Assembly (NCBI GenBank): GCA_045578365.1
Contig: JAZNKC010000033.1
Location: 3,009-67,008 of the forward strand
Length of the DNA stretch: 64,000 nucleotides
Direction: 5' to 3'
DNA from: Ructibacterium sp.
GTDB lineage: Bacteria > Bacillota > Clostridia > Monoglobales > Monoglobaceae
Below the pieces are notes generated by a model. The model was not told the DNA's origin, did not search any database, and saw only the letters and a program-made list of their open reading frames with translations. The position numbers and the translations under genes are program-made. Below, one piece after another: positions 60,868-64,000 of this stretch (its first letter is position 1; the number at the start of each line of letters is the position of its first letter).

Positions 60868-62161
60868 ATATGAAATCAGGGTTATCATCAATCCGATATT
60901 CTTGATTTAATACCACCCAATTTTGCGGGAATTCCCGCATAGAATTCCAGTAGCCGACCCCTTTTAGCCCCAATTCGTTGGCAAGGGCAAGCTTTGCCTG
61001 AATGCTTCTGGCATCCTCAAACCAGACCTCGTGGAGCCGTCCCTCGTTATCGGTATATTGAAACCACGGGGATTGTGCTTGGGTATCATATTGGATTTCT
61101 GCGCCAAATTCCCGCGCCAGATTGACCGCCTCAACCGGCGAAAGGGATGGTGCTCCGGGGTTTCCTTGCTCATAAGGAAGTGTCCAATTATAGCCATAGG
61201 TTGGAATCCCCAAAAATAATTTTTCGGAGGATATTCGTGTCAAGGCATACTCTACCACTCTTCGCACATTATTGATGGGCGCCACTGCCAGGGGCGGTCC
61301 AAAGGTATATCCCCATTCATAGGTCATTAAAAGCACCGCATTTGCCGATGCGCCGATTCCTGCATAATCATGCCCCTCGTAAAGTACCCCTCTTTGGGTA
61401 TCAGAGGTTTTGGGTGCCAAGGCTGAAAATAATGGCAATCCTCTTTCATTAAGGCGGATGCGCAATGCCTGCAAAAAGGCGATGTAGTCAAATCGCTCCT
61501 CGGGGAAGATAAATTCAAAATCCACATCCAGACCTTGATACCCTTTCTCCTCCATCAATGCTAAGATTTCATCAATCAAGGCTTCCTGTGTCTGGGGATT
61601 GTTAAAGACCAAGCTGGCCCGGGCATTGCTAAAGCCGCCCTCCTCGGTCAAGGTGGAAAGATGCATCAGGGGTTTGGCACCATATTCTTCAGCAAGAGAA
61701 ATCAAGCTTTCATCATCCAGAGGCACCAAGCCACCGGTTGTATTGATTCCATAAGTAAATGGTGCAAAATAGGTTAAATACGGAAGTTGCGGGCGCAACA
61801 AATCGGTCGCTACATAAGGATAAGCATAGCTATTGGTTACAAAAACCCCTTTATTCCCTTGATCCTGATAGCGTATTACCAATTGCTGACCCGGCGTAAG
61901 CTGTGGCAAGCCTCCAAGCCGAAAATTATTGCGGTATAACTGCCGAACCGTCGTGCCATATTGTCGGGCAATCCCCGATAAGCTTTCTCCTGCCGCCACC
62001 GTATGGATTTGTTCAGGAATGGCAACCACCAACGCTTGCCCCACCACCAGCGTATCATCAGCCATAATGCCATTATCCGCCATCAAATTTTCTGCATTCA
62101 CTCCATAACGGTCAGCAAGCCCTAAAATGGTATCTCCCGGCGCGACAACATGGATAATCAT
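60866..62161 (-). CDS. Spore LysM-GH18 glycosylase (YaaH/SleL/YdhD-like)
   Basis: Two LysM domains, GLDVDFE, LMTYEWG, VWFEDARS, GVGYW. Confidence 0.9.
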   Translation of the reverse strand: MIIHVVAPGDTILGLADRYGVNAENLMADNGIMADDTLVVGQALVVAIPEQIHTVAAGESLSGIARQYGTTVRQLYRNNFRLGGLPQLTPGQQLVIRYQDQGNKGVFVTNSYAYPYVATDLLRPQLPYLTYFAPFTYGINTTGGLVPLDDESLISLAEEYGAKPLMHLSTLTEEGGFSNARASLVFNNPQTQEALIDEILALMEEKGYQGLDVDFEFIFPEERFDYIAFLQALRIRLNERGLPLFSALAPKTSDTQRGVLYEGHDYAGIGASANAVLLMTYEWGYTFGPPLAVAPINNVRRVVEYALTRISSEKLFLGIPTYGYNWTLPYEQGNPGAPSLSPVEAVNLAREFGAEIQYDTQAQSPWFQYTDNEGRLHEVWFEDARSIQAKLALANELGLKGVGYWNSMREFPQNWVVLNQEYRIDDNPDFI

Positions 62162-62202
62162 CTTACTCCCTCCTGAAGCTATCGTTGCTTCATTCTATGC
62201 AA

Positions 62203-62230
62203 AAAGCCTGTCGACTATGCGACAGGCTTT
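62203..62230 (-). terminator. Terminator of the 2-hydroxyacid dehydrogenase gene
   Basis: AAAGCCTGTCG-ACTATG-CGACAGGCTTT. Confidence 0.75.
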
Positions 62231-62236
62231 GATTTT

Positions 62237-63184
62237 TTATAGTTCTACACGGTTTTGAATCTTGCCATCAAAAAATGCTTGCATATTGCTTAGCATTGCA
62301 GCAAAACAACGCATACGGGATTCCAGTGACCCCCACGCCATATGCGGGGTCAAACAAACATTGGGGTAATCTTTGATTGCATCATAAGGACTATCCTCAT
62401 CAAAAGGCTCTTTGGAATACACGTCCACGCCAATGGCTGCAATTTTCTTGTTTATCAGAGCATCACATAATGCCGCTTCGTCTGTCACTGCACCACGGGC
62501 AACATTGATAAAGATGGCATTGGGTTTCATCAAGGCGATTTTTTCTTTGTCAATCAGCTTGGAAGTTTCTACACTCAAAGGCAGATGCACCGAAACGATG
62601 TCTGACTTTTTCAAAAGCTCCTCCAAGGATACACAAGGAACTTCCTCCACGGGGGTTCTCTTATAGGCAAGGATGTTGCATCCGCAAGCGCGGGCTATAT
62701 CGGCAACCTTTTTTCCAATGGCACCATATCCCACAACGCCCCAAGTCATCCCTTCCATCTCGTGAAAAACCGGAGTCACGCAGTTGGGGAATCCGCTTTT
62801 GGTATATGCACCCCTTGCAACATAGCCGGCATATTCCGGAAGGTGGTTTAATAACGACATTGCCATTGCAATGGTGATTTGTGCGACGCTGTTGGTGGAA
62901 TAGCCCGGAACATTGCAAACACCAATCCCCTTTTCTTTGCAATAAGCAATGTCAATATTGTCATATCCGGTTGCCGCCTCACAAATCACTTTTAATTTTT
63001 TTGCGGCAGACAATTCTTCTTCTCTCAATTTCACTTTATTCACAAAAATGACATCCGCATCCTTGATTCGCTCTGCAACTTCTTGGGGAGCGGTAAAATC
63101 ATAGCAAACAAATTCCGCCTCAAAAGGAAGCTCCATCTTAAAATCATCCCCAAGGGTCATACGATCCAAAAAAACAACCTTCAT
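62237..63184 (-). CDS. D-2-hydroxyacid dehydrogenase (glycerate dehydrogenase-like)
   Basis: ATGYDNID, GYGAIG, SVHLPL, INVARG, TPHMAW. Confidence 0.9.
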   Translation of the reverse strand: MKVVFLDRMTLGDDFKMELPFEAEFVCYDFTAPQEVAERIKDADVIFVNKVKLREEELSAAKKLKVICEAATGYDNIDIAYCKEKGIGVCNVPGYSTNSVAQITIAMAMSLLNHLPEYAGYVARGAYTKSGFPNCVTPVFHEMEGMTWGVVGYGAIGKKVADIARACGCNILAYKRTPVEEVPCVSLEELLKKSDIVSVHLPLSVETSKLIDKEKIALMKPNAIFINVARGAVTDEAALCDALINKKIAAIGVDVYSKEPFDEDSPYDAIKDYPNVCLTPHMAWGSLESRMRCFAAMLSNMQAFFDGKIQNRVEL

Positions 63185-63234
63185 ACTATCACCTCATAAG
63201 TTTATGATAGCATCTAAAAACGGGGTTTGTCAAC

Positions 63235-63266
63235 AAAAAAAGAGTGGCCAAAAGCCACTCTTTTTT
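63235..63266 (-). terminator. Terminator after rpsR
   Basis: AAAAAAAGAGTGGC-CAAAA-GCCACTCTTTTTT. Confidence 0.85.
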
Positions 63267-63270
63267 GACA

Positions 63271-63519
63271 TTAGTCAGAAGTATAAGGCATCAAAGCGAT
63301 CTGTCTTGCTCTCTTAATAGCAACAGTCAGCTGTCTCTGATGCTTTGCGCAACAACCGCTGATTCTTCTGGGAAGAATCTTTGCGCGCTCAGTTACGTAT
63401 CTTCTCAGCTTTGCAACATCTTTATAATCGATATGCTCAACCTTGTCCGCACAGAAAGCGCAAACTTTTCTCTTTGCACGTCTGTTGCGAGGTCTTTCGT
63501 TTCTCTTTTCTTCAGCCAT
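63271..63519 (-). CDS. rpsR: 30S ribosomal protein S18 (Zn-binding type)
   Basis: [33 protein letters not shown]. Confidence 0.97.
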   Translation of the reverse strand: MAEEKRNERPRNRRAKRKVCAFCADKVEHIDYKDVAKLRRYVTERAKILPRRISGCCAKHQRQLTVAIKRARQIALMPYTSD

Positions 63520-63542
63520 TTTACAAACCTCCTTCAAAGAAA

Positions 63543-63992
63543 TTAAAACGGAAGGTCATCATCCGTATCAAGCAAAGGAGTAAATGCATCGTCAGATACA
63601 TTGTCGGGGAAAGCCGGTGCCGCAGGCGCAGGACTTGCTGCATTCTGCTGAGGTGCGGAATAACCGCCACCCTCTTGGGTCCGCTTGCTTTCGCCAAAGC
63701 TAACTTCGCTTGCCACAACCTCAGTTGCGTAATTTTTCTTACCATCCTGACCTTCCCAGGTTCTGGTCGAAATACGACCAATTACGATAATCATCTTACC
63801 CTTGCTGAAATAGTTGCTGACAAATTCAGCAGTCTTATTCCAAGCAACACAGTTGATGAAATCAGTTTGCCGATTTTCACCGTAGCCATTATCAATCGCA
63901 ACGGAAAAACTACAAACCGGAGCGCCGGAATTGGTATGACGCAACTCCGGATCGCGTGTGAGTCTACCCATCAAAATTACTTTGTTAATCAT
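63543..63992 (-). CDS. ssb: Single-stranded DNA-binding protein
   Basis: [26 protein letters not shown]-terminal DDDLPF. Confidence 0.97.
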   Translation of the reverse strand: MINKVILMGRLTRDPELRHTNSGAPVCSFSVAIDNGYGENRQTDFINCVAWNKTAEFVSNYFSKGKMIIVIGRISTRTWEGQDGKKNYATEVVASEVSFGESKRTQEGGGYSAPQQNAASPAPAAPAFPDNVSDDAFTPLLDTDDDLPF

Positions 63993-64000
63993 AGGTTACG

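Noticed and set aside
63993-64000. rpsF 3' end
   Set aside because: Only a stop codon and two bases are visible, too little to call.

Overview
64 kb of core chromosome from a spore-forming Clostridia-class bacterium, probably a gut anaerobe (spo0A, spoIVB, gpr, ytxC, LysM-GH18, hydG/hydF, 2-oxoacid:ferredoxin oxidoreductase). It holds about 65 housekeeping and sporulation genes; I saw no rRNA, tRNA, CRISPR, IS or prophage. Main observations: (1) The window appears to span the replication terminus. Hand spot-counts show the + strand switching from G>C to C>G at about 30.1 kb. At that point sits a perfect 12-6-12 palindrome (TATTGCACAAAA-TTTTTA-TTTTGTGCAATA) in the 5' leader of a lone Xer-type tyrosine recombinase, a candidate single-recombinase Xer/dif system resembling XerS/difSL. 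(2) An uncalled 42-aa peptide that is 29/42 Asn has its own sigma-G-like promoter, RBS and terminator, next to spoIVB. (3) The prfB +1 frameshift site reads CTT-TAA-C instead of CTT-TGA-C, and prfA follows directly. (4) A Sua5-YwlE fusion, a xylA/araC deletion scar and a 125-nt ygiQ/folD overlap. Product calls come from motif recognition by eye, not database searches.
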